A stretch of DNA of 64,000 nt, taken from assembly GCA_965261345.1 (NCBI GenBank), contig OZ253449.1:768001-832000 (forward strand), read 5' to 3'. A program made the translations under genes and the position numbers. Positions 1 through 10,574 of the stretch are shown here, piece by piece. Below the pieces are notes generated by a model. That model did no database searches. It was not told where the DNA came from and worked only from the letters and a program-made list of their open reading frames with translations. Within the stretch, counting starts at the first letter, position 1. Each line of letters opens with the position of its first letter. The DNA is from Chloroflexota bacterium. GTDB lineage: Bacteria; Chloroflexota; UBA11872; VXNJ01.

Positions 1-146
1 AGATTCAAAGCCCGGCGTTGTGGATCTGGCCGGATCCGGAAGGAAGCTTGCTGTTTGCGGCGGTGGACCTAGGAAAGAGTCTGCAGGTGCTAGACAAAGA
101 CAGCCTGGAAACCGTTACCGTACACGCATTCAGCACGCCTTCATAA
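1..146 (+). CDS. 3' end of an unknown protein (partial, runs off the window)
   Basis: Open frame from nt 3 (IQSPALWIWPDPEG...FSTPS) to TAA at 144-146. Confidence 0.4.
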   Translation, partial: IQSPALWIWPDPEGSLLFAAVDLGKSLQVLDKDSLETVTVHAFSTPS

Positions 147-165
147 CGGGGCGGCCAGAATAACC

Positions 166-1263
166 TCAACCCATATTTTGATGGGTGATCCGCGCCGCGC
201 GATTAAGCAACCGAGTATCTAATACCGCGTGCTCGGCAGTGTGGAGTGGGGTCGCCGCGCCAACGCAGATCGCGTGAAAGTGGGCGAGCTCAAGCTTGAA
301 CGACTCCTCGTACGAGGTTGTCACCTGGCGCTCGACCACACTCGGACCGTTCATCTGCTTGACTCTGAAACGGGTCGGGGCCGAAGGGTGGTAGGGCGAC
401 GGCCAATGCGCTTCCAGGCGCTTGGAGCCGCCAACGGCCAGCAGAGTTTGGCGGTAGTCGGCCAGGTTGTAGTTGAAAATCCAGCTTTGCTGAACCAGCA
501 CGCGATTTGGGTAAATGAGGGTCATCGCCAGACACCGGCCGGCGTTCCAGGCGCGGGCGTCCACGATTTCCGGATCCTGCCCGAGCAGCAGGCGCAGGCT
601 GTAGGTTTCGTGGATGCAGGACCCGTGCAGGGTAAAAAAGGCCTGGGCCATCTCGGGGGAAGGCATGCTGCCGATGACGGTGGCGATCTTCTGCATGACC
701 GGGTTGGCGGTATCGACCAGGCTGGTGGCGGCTCGCGCCCAATCGGGTACGTCGCCAAAACTTCGAACGTCAAGGTGGGAGTAAGTGGCTGCGTTTTCGG
801 GATTGCAAATTTGCAGGTTGACGAAATCGAGGCGATCCCAACTTGCGATTTCCCGGCCGATCGCTTCAAGCGCCGGATCGAATGCTATTGAATAGCCCAT
901 CAGCAGGGACGCCGACGATTCCCGTTCGGCCGCCGCCACCGCCTCGGCGTCGGCAACTGTGTAGGTGAGCGGTTTTTCGCAAAGTACGTTCCGGCCGCTG
1001 CGCAGGGCGTCGATTACCACCGGGGCGTGATCGCCACCGGCGAGGATGATGACCGCTTCCACCGCCGGATCGGCCAGCAGTTCGGTATAGCGCTCGTACC
1101 TGGCCGCGACCCCATACCGGTCGCCGATGTATGCCAGCAGCGATGGCGAAACATCGCAGATGGCCCGGACCCAAAAATACTCTTCGAGTTCGCGCAGATA
1201 GGGGAGGTGCATGATCTGGGCAATTGCCCCGCACCCTATCACGCCGACATTGATCCTGCGCAT
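166..1263 (-). CDS. Gfo/Idh/MocA family oxidoreductase
   Basis: N-terminal Rossmann VGVIGCGAIA and CEKP motif; ATG at 1263 chosen as start. Confidence 0.9.
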   Translation of the reverse strand: MRRINVGVIGCGAIAQIMHLPYLRELEEYFWVRAICDVSPSLLAYIGDRYGVAARYERYTELLADPAVEAVIILAGGDHAPVVIDALRSGRNVLCEKPLTYTVADAEAVAAAERESSASLLMGYSIAFDPALEAIGREIASWDRLDFVNLQICNPENAATYSHLDVRSFGDVPDWARAATSLVDTANPVMQKIATVIGSMPSPEMAQAFFTLHGSCIHETYSLRLLLGQDPEIVDARAWNAGRCLAMTLIYPNRVLVQQSWIFNYNLADYRQTLLAVGGSKRLEAHWPSPYHPSAPTRFRVKQMNGPSVVERQVTTSYEESFKLELAHFHAICVGAATPLHTAEHAVLDTRLLNRAARITHQNMG

Positions 1264-1394
1264 AGGCAGCTTCCGATTAGCTTGCAAGAACTGCAATCTG
1301 GGGCACTAAATGCCCGGTCGCACAATTTAATGTAGTCGGCAATTTTGTTCGACCCGGCAAGTTTTTATGGCACCAGGATCGAAAGGCAACCCCC

Positions 1395-2378
1395 TTGCAA
1401 GCAATCCGCATCTTTGAATTCGGCGGCAGCGACGTACTAACGGTTGACGACGTGCCCATCCCGCAACCCGGTCCCGGGCAAGCGCTCATTAAGGTTGCCG
1501 CCGCCGGCGTCAACTTCATCGACACCTATCATCGTACCGGCCTATATCCGCTAAAGTTGCCCCTCACGCTTGGCCAGGAGGGCGCTGGAGTTGTCGAAGC
1601 CGTCGGCGAGGGCGTGGCCTCGGTTGTGCCCGGTCAGCGCGTTGGGTGGGCCATGGCGGGCGGTTCATATGCCGACTATGCGGTTGTGTCGGCGGCCGTA
1701 CTGGTCCCGATACCAGATTCGGTGAGCCTGGACCAGGCCGCCGCGGCGCTCCTGCAGGGAATGACCGCTCACTACCTGTGCACTAGCACCTACGAGCTCC
1801 AACCTGGCCAATGGTGTCTTGTCCATGCTGGCGCCGGCGGAGTTGGATTGCTGCTGACCCAGATGTGCAAGATCATCGGCGCAAAGGTGATTAGCACCGT
1901 TTCGACCGCGGAGAAGGAGCAGCTTTCACGCGCCGCCGGCGCAGACGAGGTCATCAATTACCTGGAAACTGATTTCCCGTCGGCGGTCGCGCAGATAACC
2001 GGCGGCAAGGGTGTGTCGGTAGTTTTTGACGGAGTCGGCAAATCCACCGCCGACGGCAGTCTGCGCTCACTTGCACCACGCGGCATGATGGCACTGTTTG
2101 GAAATGCCAGCGGAGCGCCCGATCCGATCGAGCCCCTGTTGCTCAATCGGCTCGGCTCGCTTTTCTTAACCCGCCCCTCGCTGGGCGATTACATCGCCAC
2201 TCCAGAGAATCTGGCCTGGCGCGCCGGAGACCTGTTCGGCTGGATCGGGAGCGGCAAACTGCAACTGCGGGTGGAATTTGTCTTTCCGCTTGCCGAAGCG
2301 GCCACCGCCCACGACCTGCTCGAAGGGCGGGTCACCACCGGTAAAGTCTTGCTCAAAACTGCCAGCCCGGTAGCCTAG
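1395..2378 (+). CDS. qor: NADPH:quinone oxidoreductase (zeta-crystallin/MDR family)
   Basis: AAGVNFIDTY, GQEGAG, HAGAGGVG, GSLFLTRP, TTGKVLL motifs. Confidence 0.9.
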   Translation: MQAIRIFEFGGSDVLTVDDVPIPQPGPGQALIKVAAAGVNFIDTYHRTGLYPLKLPLTLGQEGAGVVEAVGEGVASVVPGQRVGWAMAGGSYADYAVVSAAVLVPIPDSVSLDQAAAALLQGMTAHYLCTSTYELQPGQWCLVHAGAGGVGLLLTQMCKIIGAKVISTVSTAEKEQLSRAAGADEVINYLETDFPSAVAQITGGKGVSVVFDGVGKSTADGSLRSLAPRGMMALFGNASGAPDPIEPLLLNRLGSLFLTRPSLGDYIATPENLAWRAGDLFGWIGSGKLQLRVEFVFPLAEAATAHDLLEGRVTTGKVLLKTASPVA

Positions 2379-2428
2379 GCGGCCTCAACTACCGCCAACA
2401 TCTCTTTTCGTCGCGTAAAGGACAGCTC

Positions 2429-3946
2429 ATGAATTTCATCGTAATTGTCTCGGATTCCTTAAGGCGTGATCACGTCAGCTGTTACGGCAATCAGCCCGCG
2501 CAATGGGCCTCGGGTGGGCGCTGGTCGGTGCAAACACCAAACATCGATCGCCTAGCGGCGATGGGGTCGCGCTTTGACAATTACTACGTGGGCTCGTTTC
2601 CCACCGTTCTCAACCGTCACGAAATGCTTACCGGATTGCCGGTATTTACCTACGCCGAATGGGCTCCGCTGCCGGCATCCGAGGTAACGATGGGCGAATA
2701 TCTGGCCGAATCTGGCTACAAGACGATGTTGGTAGCCGATACGCCGCACATTTTCCGCCTCGGATTCAATTACGCCCGCGGTTTTGGCGGTTTTGACTGG
2801 ATTCGGGGACAGGAAAATGACGCCCATTTGATCGATCCGCCAGACGATCAAATGGAGCCACCGTTTGCGGTTGAAAAGATGCGCCCAACGATCAATTCCT
2901 GGCGCAACCACGCCCGCAGTTTGCTCGCCGCCCGCCAGGAAGACGAGTACTTTGCGCCGATGACATTCAAACGCGCCGCTCATTGGCTCGAACGCAACCG
3001 CGACAACAATCCTTTTTGCCTCGTCGTGGATACGTTTGACCCGCACGAACCATGGGATCCACCCGACTGGTATGTTGAAAAGTTCTACCCTGCGATGCGC
3101 GAGCGCATCACCTTTCCGGCATACGACCGCGTATCAAATTTCCTCTCCCCTGAGGAGTTGATTTCGGCCCACGCCCACTACTGCGGGGAGGTGGCGATGG
3201 TCGACCGCTGGCTCGGTCACCTGCTCGATACCGCGGCGGCCCTCAATCTGCTAGACGATACCGCGATCATCTTTGTTTCCGACCACGGGTACCTTTTCGG
3301 CGAGAAAGACACCATCGGCAAGCACATAACGGTCGACGGGGTGGCGACTCCGTTGCCACTTTGGCCGGATATTTCCCACATTCCGATGGTTGCCCATATT
3401 CCTGGATTGACCAGCCCCGGCAGCGTCATCGATGGGTTCGCTCAACCCCAGGACATCCTCCCTACCCTGCTTGACCTGGCCGGAATGGAGGCCCCCGGTG
3501 AATTGGTCGGGCATTCGCTGCTGCCGTTGATCGCCGGCCAAATTGACCAGGTGCGGGAAGTTGCCATCACTTCGCACAACATCGTCACCGGCGTGGCCGG
3601 TCGGCCCAGCCGGATTACCGGTGAGGGTTGGAGCCTTTACGTTGGAGCGTCGGTTACTAAGACCCACCCGCGTCAGTTGTCCGGTATCTTTGGGGCCACC
3701 GGGATCCTGCGTGATCCCTGGTATGTGGCCAAACGTGACCGCCGGGTGGCGACCGAGATAGCCACCGATGAGGCGCTCGCGCCGATGCTTTTTAACGACC
3801 GCGCTGATCCCGGCCACCAGAGCAACGTAATTGGTGAGCACCCGGAGATCGCCCGTCGTTTACACGGTCAATATGTCAGATATCTGGAAAGCTGCGGAAC
3901 CGCTGAGCGCAACATCGCCCCGCGACGGGCGATGCAGACCCAGTAG
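2429..3946 (+). CDS. Sulfatase-like / alkaline-phosphatase-superfamily hydrolase with Thr at the nucleophile position
   Basis: DSLRRDH, TPNIDRLA, DPHEPW, SDHG motifs; signature reads FPTVLNR rather than C/S-x-P-x-R. Confidence 0.85.
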   Translation: MNFIVIVSDSLRRDHVSCYGNQPAQWASGGRWSVQTPNIDRLAAMGSRFDNYYVGSFPTVLNRHEMLTGLPVFTYAEWAPLPASEVTMGEYLAESGYKTMLVADTPHIFRLGFNYARGFGGFDWIRGQENDAHLIDPPDDQMEPPFAVEKMRPTINSWRNHARSLLAARQEDEYFAPMTFKRAAHWLERNRDNNPFCLVVDTFDPHEPWDPPDWYVEKFYPAMRERITFPAYDRVSNFLSPEELISAHAHYCGEVAMVDRWLGHLLDTAAALNLLDDTAIIFVSDHGYLFGEKDTIGKHITVDGVATPLPLWPDISHIPMVAHIPGLTSPGSVIDGFAQPQDILPTLLDLAGMEAPGELVGHSLLPLIAGQIDQVREVAITSHNIVTGVAGRPSRITGEGWSLYVGASVTKTHPRQLSGIFGATGILRDPWYVAKRDRRVATEIATDEALAPMLFNDRADPGHQSNVIGEHPEIARRLHGQYVRYLESCGTAERNIAPRRAMQTQ

Positions 3947-4003
3947 CGGTAGGTTCGGATCAAGCGGCGAACCCAATAAGCGGATGTGGTAACAGTAACG
4001 AGG

Positions 4004-5245
4004 CTACATGGCACCCGCCCCGGGGGCTTTTTCGGCCGAATAACCGGCAGCCGCCTCCGATCCACCGGTTGTGTTGCCCGCGCTGTAGGAGCGGGCGCCG
4101 GTGCCGGCCAGCGACCCGCCCTCGACTATTAAGTATTCGTCGCGGATCGGGCGCCCGTCCAGCCAACATTCGAGGATCTCACGGACGCCGGCGGCGTAGC
4201 GAGCCTGGGCCGAAAGGGAAGTCCCCGACGTATGCGGGGTAAGAGCATGATTGGGCATCGTTCGCCAGGGGTGGTCATTCGGCGCTGGCTGCGGAAACCA
4301 GACATCACCCGCGTACCCGGCCAATTGGCCGGTCTCTAAGGCTTTAACGACGGCATCTCGATCGCAAATTTTGCCGCGGGCGGTGTTGACGATATATGAT
4401 CCGCGTTTCATCTTGCCGATCAAGGCGTCATTGAACATGCCTTCGGTTTCGGGGTGCAGCGGGCAATGGATGCTGATCACGTCGCAGACCTTTACCAGGG
4501 ATTCGGTTGATTCGTGGAAGGTGAGGCCCAGTTCTTGCTCGACATCGATCGGCAATCGACGCCGATCGGTGTAATGGAGATTGACGTCGAAGGGTTTCAT
4601 TCGCTTCAATACCGCTAATCCGATCCGACCGGCAGCCACCACCCCAACGTCCATCCCTTCGATGTCGTAGGACCGCGAGATCGCGTCGGCGATATTCCAG
4701 CCGCCCCTGACCACCCATCCGTATTGCGGAATGTAGTCACGCACCAGCGCCAGCATCTGCATGACCGCGTGCTCGGCCACCGAGATGCTGTTGCACCAAG
4801 TGACTTCGCACACCGTGATACCGCGCTCGATTGCAGCCTGCAAATCCACGTGGTCGGACCCGATTCCGGCGGTGATCGCCAACTCGAGTTTGCTCGCTTT
4901 GGCAATCCGCTCACGGGTTAGGTAACCGGGCCAAAACGGCTGCGAGATCACCACATCGGCATCGCCCAACCGCGCTTCGAACTCGGAGCCGGGCCCGTCC
5001 TTGTCGGCCGTGACCACAAAATCGTGTCCGCGCTCGGCCAGGAACTTACCCAGTCCGAGTCCGCCTGATACCGAGCCCAGGAGTTCGCCCGGATTGAAAT
5101 CAATCGCCGCCGCGGTTGGCAGCGATTGACCATCGGGGTATTGCGACAGGCTTGGGATACCCGAGCGCGCGTACGGTGGCGGGAATCCGGCGACGGGATC
5201 TTCGTAAAGCACGCAAAGCACGGTTCGGCCCGAATGTGACTTCAT
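4004..5245 (-). CDS. fdh: NAD-dependent formate dehydrogenase (metal-free)
   Basis: ISQPFWP, TAGIGSDHVDL, AAGRIG, GDVWFPQPAP, TPHTSGT. Confidence 0.95.
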   Translation of the reverse strand: MKSHSGRTVLCVLYEDPVAGFPPPYARSGIPSLSQYPDGQSLPTAAAIDFNPGELLGSVSGGLGLGKFLAERGHDFVVTADKDGPGSEFEARLGDADVVISQPFWPGYLTRERIAKASKLELAITAGIGSDHVDLQAAIERGITVCEVTWCNSISVAEHAVMQMLALVRDYIPQYGWVVRGGWNIADAISRSYDIEGMDVGVVAAGRIGLAVLKRMKPFDVNLHYTDRRRLPIDVEQELGLTFHESTESLVKVCDVISIHCPLHPETEGMFNDALIGKMKRGSYIVNTARGKICDRDAVVKALETGQLAGYAGDVWFPQPAPNDHPWRTMPNHALTPHTSGTSLSAQARYAAGVREILECWLDGRPIRDEYLIVEGGSLAGTGARSYSAGNTTGGSEAAAGYSAEKAPGAGAM

Positions 5246-5554
5246 CTCAATTTCCTCGATCGCACTGCAGATCCGTTATCCGGTACAAATTGCCCACCCA
5301 ATTGTCAATAGGCACACCTGCTTAGATTTTCGACTCAAGCGCCCCAATCAAAATAAATTTGCGCCCGTTCCGTCCCTTTTGGGCAAATCCGGCTGTTTCC
5401 CGCCACCGGTCGGCAGCGTGTTGACGGGCCCGATCTTCAAACGCCCGCAGCTCCGGGCAGGATTACTTCGCGCGCGCCGGAACCTTCGGCGCGATCCATG
5501 TTGCCGAGGTGGCAATAACATAGCGCTGGGCATTTGATTTTGGGCCGGGTGGCG

Positions 5555-6736
5555 ATGCATCGAATTTGGGAAGTGCTGCTGGTCGCAACCCGCCTTGGCC
5601 TGACCTCGTTTGGCGGACCGATAGCCCACATCGGTTATTTCCGCGATGAATACGTCGCCCGGCGAGGCTGGATTAACGACGCCCGTTTTGGTGAATTGGT
5701 CGCGCTTTGCCAATTTCTGCCGGGTCCGGCCAGCAGTCAACTCGGGATTGCCATCGGTCTGCAGCGGGCCGGCCACGCCGGCGCTTTGGCGGCCTGGATA
5801 GGGTTTACCCTTCCATCGGCCGCGGTTCTGATCCTGTTTGCTTACGGATTGCAGGAATTTGGCGGACAGGGCGGCGAATGGCTCAGCGGGCTAAAGATCG
5901 TGGTCGTCGCGGTGGTCGCGCACGCCCTTTGGGGCATGGGCAGATCGCTGGCACCGGACAAGCCGCGTATCACGATCGCGGTCCTGGCGGCAGTGGTGCT
6001 GCTTTTCGTTGGCGGCATCGCCGCGCAAGTGGGGGTAATCGCCGGTGGGGCCGTGTTGGGGCTGGTGGCCCTGCGAACGAGCGGGCGGCCACCGCCCGAG
6101 GTTGTCGGCCGCTCAAGCGGTCTCGGGCTGGCACTGGCAGGCCTGGCTACATTCTTCGCACTGCTGCTAGCGTTGCCGGTGGCAAGTTGGTTGACCGGCA
6201 ACGAGCTGCTCATGCTGATTGAACGGTTCTTCCGTTCCGGTTCGCTGGTGTTTGGAGGCGGTCACGTCGTACTGCCGCTACTGGAGGCCGAGGTTGTCCA
6301 GCCCGGCTGGGTAACCGGCGACGAGTTTATCGCTGGATATGGCGCGGCTCAGGCCATCCCAGGCCCACTGTTTACGTTTGCGGCGTACCTGGGAACGGTG
6401 CTGGAGTTGACCACACCCCGCTGGCTGGGCGGAATCGTGGCCGTGGTGGCAATTTTCCTGCCGTCGTTCCTGCTGGTGCTCGGCGTGCTCCCGCTGTGGG
6501 ACCGGGTGCGCGGGATCGTCCCGATCCAAAAAGCGCTGCTCGGAGTTAACGCGGCGGTCGTCGGCGTGCTCCTGGCCGCGCTCTATGACCCCATCTGGAC
6601 CAGCGCAATAAAGGGTCCCAGCGATTTCGCCTTGGCGGCGGCGGCGTTCGCGCTGCTGGCCTTTTGGAAAGCCCCTCCGTGGGCGGTCGTTCTCGCAACC
6701 GCCGTGACCGGGTGGCTCATAGGCTGGGTCGTCTAG
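5555..6736 (+). CDS. chrA: Chromate efflux transporter, long bidomain ChrA
   Basis: TSFGGP, QFLPGP, FGGGHV and AQAIPGP repeated motifs. Confidence 0.93.
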   Translation: MHRIWEVLLVATRLGLTSFGGPIAHIGYFRDEYVARRGWINDARFGELVALCQFLPGPASSQLGIAIGLQRAGHAGALAAWIGFTLPSAAVLILFAYGLQEFGGQGGEWLSGLKIVVVAVVAHALWGMGRSLAPDKPRITIAVLAAVVLLFVGGIAAQVGVIAGGAVLGLVALRTSGRPPPEVVGRSSGLGLALAGLATFFALLLALPVASWLTGNELLMLIERFFRSGSLVFGGGHVVLPLLEAEVVQPGWVTGDEFIAGYGAAQAIPGPLFTFAAYLGTVLELTTPRWLGGIVAVVAIFLPSFLLVLGVLPLWDRVRGIVPIQKALLGVNAAVVGVLLAALYDPIWTSAIKGPSDFALAAAAFALLAFWKAPPWAVVLATAVTGWLIGWVV

Positions 6737-6908
6737 CAACGCTGGTTCGATTAAACGCCACCAGCCCGGCGGTCAGCGGGCGAATCGGTGGCTTGCGAGC
6801 GCTTCAGTCTCCCATATCGGAATTTGAAATTTACCCTATTCCGGGGACGGCGTCCTCAGATCCCAGGGATGCCGTCCACGCCCGAAATTGAAGCCGGGGC
6901 GGGGCGGC

Positions 6909-7883
6909 CTAATCTTGCACCCTCGCCAACCGCAATTCGTGAGCGCCGTCGGAGCGACCCAGTTCGTAGAAGTAAAGCAATTCATCACCGTAGCGCACGC
7001 ACTCGAGATAGCGCAGGCATCCGGTGCCGAACGGGCTCTCAAGAATCGGTTCGGCCACGGTGTGCTTGATCACGTTCACGAGATCAAGTGACGAGCAGAC
7101 GCCGGTCTTGTCCTCGTAGACATCGCCATCGGTTACCCGTCCGTCATAAAAGATCACGAACCCCTGTTCGTGCATTACCACCGACGAGATTCTGGCAACG
7201 TTGCGGTCCCATCCGTTGCCGGGCAACGTAATGTCGCGCTGAAAGGTAAAGTTCCGCCCACAGGGCGAAGTCCAAAGTCCGGTTGGGTGCAGCACCAACC
7301 CGGTCGTAAACACGTTTTGCGAAGAATGCAGGTCTTCGTAGGAAGATCCCGGCACGACCGATTCGCGCGGTGCGTAGGGCACGAACATGTACGTTAATCC
7401 GCCGATGAATAGCACGACCGGGTCCTTGACTCCTTCCGAAAGCGTCAAGGCCGAGTCAAGCACCCGGATCCGCCGCGCCGGGTCAAACTCCCTGGGGTCG
7501 TCGGCTTCCAATACGTCTATCGCCCAGCGCCGGTCGGAATCCACATAGGAGACGTAATAGCGCCAGGGCCCATCGGGGGCACGTACCAATGCGCTGCGCT
7601 CGATTGACGAAGTGTCAAAGTCTCCGGCGAAACAGGCCCAGATTTCCTGAAATTCGTCACCACCGTCCGAGAGGCTTATGGACGATTTCCAGCCCCTTCC
7701 GGCTCCGAGCGGGCGGCGGTGGCGGGCGCTGAGAAAAATCTGATCCCCCTCGACCCAGGCGCTGGGAGCACCCACCCAATACCCGTTGGCCGACTCTTCC
7801 GGCCGTTTTATTACCACTCCCTGGGCGGGATTAAAAAGCGGCAGCGAGCCAATCGTCTTTACACCGGTGGGCACTTGCGACAT
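6909..7883 (-). CDS. Hypothetical protein, possibly a glycoside-hydrolase-like beta-propeller
   Basis: 324 aa ORF with repeated beta-blade-like segments (GAPS, KDPVV, LRYL). Confidence 0.55.
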   Translation of the reverse strand: MSQVPTGVKTIGSLPLFNPAQGVVIKRPEESANGYWVGAPSAWVEGDQIFLSARHRRPLGAGRGWKSSISLSDGGDEFQEIWACFAGDFDTSSIERSALVRAPDGPWRYYVSYVDSDRRWAIDVLEADDPREFDPARRIRVLDSALTLSEGVKDPVVLFIGGLTYMFVPYAPRESVVPGSSYEDLHSSQNVFTTGLVLHPTGLWTSPCGRNFTFQRDITLPGNGWDRNVARISSVVMHEQGFVIFYDGRVTDGDVYEDKTGVCSSLDLVNVIKHTVAEPILESPFGTGCLRYLECVRYGDELLYFYELGRSDGAHELRLARVQD

Positions 7884-8122
7884 CGTCCTTTTGATTGGGT
7901 GGTTGCGATCGCTGCCGACAGGGCGAAATCTGCGATTGGCGGCCGGCCTGCACTGAAATTAATCAGATTCGGTAATTGACGCCCGACAAATTTACCGCCT
8001 GCAAGGCCAAATTGAAAGTTGCGGGTCGGATCGATCGTCGCTTTTTCTCCCTTGGCCGGCTCCGGACCGGATCGGCACCCGCCGAAACCGGTTAGCGAGC
8101 CGCCCTTGGAACGGCAGTCGCC

Positions 8123-8500
8123 TCAATCGCTAAGCCTAAGCGGGCGGAAGCGCCACTTCGCAATCAGCAGAAAGGCGCCGCTGGATAGGATCAACGCCGG
8201 CAAATTCGTTGGCACCAGATCAAATTCGCCGCCGAACTGCATCGGGCGATTGATTGCAATCGTGGCCCAGCCATGCAGAGTAATGAGCGCGAGCGTTTGC
8301 ATCCCGGTGGGACCAATGAACAAGAGTCAGCGGCAATCCCCGAACGCCGCCGCCAGCAACACAACCAAATTCGGCACCGGGTTGGCCGCACTTACGGTGC
8401 GTACCCAGGTCGACAGCATGATCCCGCACGCCGCCAAACGAATAGGTACCGCGACCGCCACCCCGGCGGCCGATGTTGCCCTAAGTTCAGTCCCGAACAC
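8123..8500 (-). pseudogene. Remnant of an ABC-2-type permease C-terminus
   Basis: Hydrophobic frame with an internal stop; QTLALITLHGWA...LIAKWRFR resembles ABC-2 permease ends. Confidence 0.35.
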
Positions 8501-8941
8501 CAGTTCTCAAACTCCCCCAACAACACGAACGGATGCAGGATCAGACCGCTGGCGGAGAGGTATTTGCCGACCATGGCCGAGCGTGTGGGGCACCGGCGAC
8601 GACTATCGGGGACAACAATCCGGATGAGTAGTCAGGAGTGGTCCCGACCGCCACGAACGAGGCTCCCAAAAAAGGAACACGCCAAGTACCCGGCTATCGT
8701 AATTTCGGCCGCCGAAGAGCTGCTCGACCGCCTCGACCGATACCAGGATTGACTTTTGGCGTGCGAGCAACCGGTCTGCCCAGCGTTGCGGGTCGGTTGG
8801 AGGCCGCAGGCGAACAATCAGCCAGGCAGCGCCGGGCTCGGTTCAGCCCTGGTCAGGTTCGCTAGCAAAAGCGACCCAGGCCGAAATTTCCTCGGCCGGA
8901 GCCGTCGCCAATGGCCTACAACCCGATAGCTGGCCGATCGT

Positions 8942-9889
8942 TTAGTAGCCGGCGCCCAGGTCCACCACGTTGCGCAGTGGTCGCGATTCCTGGTAGCGGG
9001 CGATGTTGTCAATAAAAAGATCGGCCAGCCGGCTGTCGCGGGCGGGCGAGGCCCCGCCGATGTGGGGGGTTATGAGCACGTCCTCGCGCCGCCAGAGCGG
9101 ATCGTTTTGGACCAGCGGTTCCTCATCGACGACGTCCAGTCCGGCTCCCCAGAGCCGGCCAGAATCGAGCGCTGCGATCAGATCTGGAGTCCGGGTCAAC
9201 CCACCCCGCGAAACGCTGATGAAGATCGAGTCCGGCTTCATCTGGGCAAAGGTCTGAGCGTTGAACATGTGATGCGTCGCCGGCGTGTCAGGTGCGCAAA
9301 CGATCACCACATCGGACTTGGAAAGGAGCCAACCCAGCTCTGTCGGGGGCCGAACCTCGCTTACGAATTCGCAGTCGATTGCAGTATTGACATCGACGCC
9401 AATTACTTCCATCTCAAATCCGCTTAGCCGTCGCGCCACCTCGACCCCAATGCCACCCACGGCAATCAGGCCGGCGGTCTTGCCAACCAATTCGTAGGTG
9501 TCACGGTGGACACCCGACCAATGGTGGGCCACTTGGTCGCGGACCGCCCAGTTGACCCGGCGGGCCACTCCCAACAGGAGTGCCAGGGCGGTATCGGCAA
9601 CCGGGATGGCATGGATTCCGGCTGCGTTGGTCAGGGTTATTCCACGGTCGCGCAACTCGTCCAGCGCCAAGCGTTCCACCCCGGCCCCACCGGTCTGGAT
9701 CCACTTTGCCGCGCCGCAGGTTGCCAGCCCGCCGGGTCGCCGGAAGGGCTCGAACAACACTTCAGCGTCCGGGGCGGCGGCCGCAAATTCGGCGTCGGTC
9801 TCAGCGAAAACGATATCAACGTCAGGGTGGGCCGCCCGCACGCGGTCAATTGATTCGGAAATCTGCGGGCTGGCAATTACAAGTTTCAT
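8942..9889 (-). CDS. D-2-hydroxyacid dehydrogenase
   Basis: GGIG, SRGG, GAGLDVVDEEPL, TPHIGG. Confidence 0.9.
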   Translation of the reverse strand: MKLVIASPQISESIDRVRAAHPDVDIVFAETDAEFAAAAPDAEVLFEPFRRPGGLATCGAAKWIQTGGAGVERLALDELRDRGITLTNAAGIHAIPVADTALALLLGVARRVNWAVRDQVAHHWSGVHRDTYELVGKTAGLIAVGGIGVEVARRLSGFEMEVIGVDVNTAIDCEFVSEVRPPTELGWLLSKSDVVIVCAPDTPATHHMFNAQTFAQMKPDSIFISVSRGGLTRTPDLIAALDSGRLWGAGLDVVDEEPLVQNDPLWRREDVLITPHIGGASPARDSRLADLFIDNIARYQESRPLRNVVDLGAGY

Positions 9890-9965
9890 ATTTTGAGGCT
9901 TTCAGGACGGTTGCAACTGTAACCGGCGGTGCACTGCCGGTTTAAGACGAATAGTGGAAAGCGGG

Positions 9966-10466
9966 TTAGAAGTTCACGTCGCCGGGGACGTAAATGGTCA
10001 CACCGTCACCGATTGAGTCAAGGACCCAAATTTTGCTGCCGCGGTCGCCAATGAACAGGGTGCCCAGATAGGTCTCGGCGGTCGACCCGTCAGCATAGCG
10101 AAATTCGACCAGGACCCGGCCCTTGCTCTTGTTGCGCTCGACCGCAACGATTCCGTAGTCGGTCAGGTCGTTACCCGTATAGGCTTCGACCGACAGGTAG
10201 GCGATCAGATCCCCGTCCTCGGTGTCGCGGACGTAGGTCAGCATGGCCTTGGTGGAAAGGATGTCCACGGCAGTTGGCGAATCGATACCCTCGGACGTGA
10301 TGCCATCCATGAAGGCGGAAGCCATCGCCTCCAGGCGGACAAGTTCCTCGGCCTCGCGCACTTCGGTCTGGTTCTGCGTCTCGCAGGCGACAAGCGCAAA
10401 GCTCGCCAAGGCTATCGCCACGATCAGGGCGAAGGGTTGCAAAAATCGAAATCTGGGGCGCGGCAA
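9966..10466 (-). CDS. Hypothetical lipoprotein
   Basis: Basic N-terminus, hydrophobic stretch, lipobox LVAC. Confidence 0.7.
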   Translation of the reverse strand: MPRPRFRFLQPFALIVAIALASFALVACETQNQTEVREAEELVRLEAMASAFMDGITSEGIDSPTAVDILSTKAMLTYVRDTEDGDLIAYLSVEAYTGNDLTDYGIVAVERNKSKGRVLVEFRYADGSTAETYLGTLFIGDRGSKIWVLDSIGDGVTIYVPGDVNF

Positions 10467-10574
10467 AGAAGGGACTCGCTTGCGGAGGGGTCAAGTTGAA
10501 GCGGTGCTAACGGGCAGAATTTACGATGGCCGCTAGGTGTTAGTTAATGATATTGCAACACTTGCGCCTGGGGT

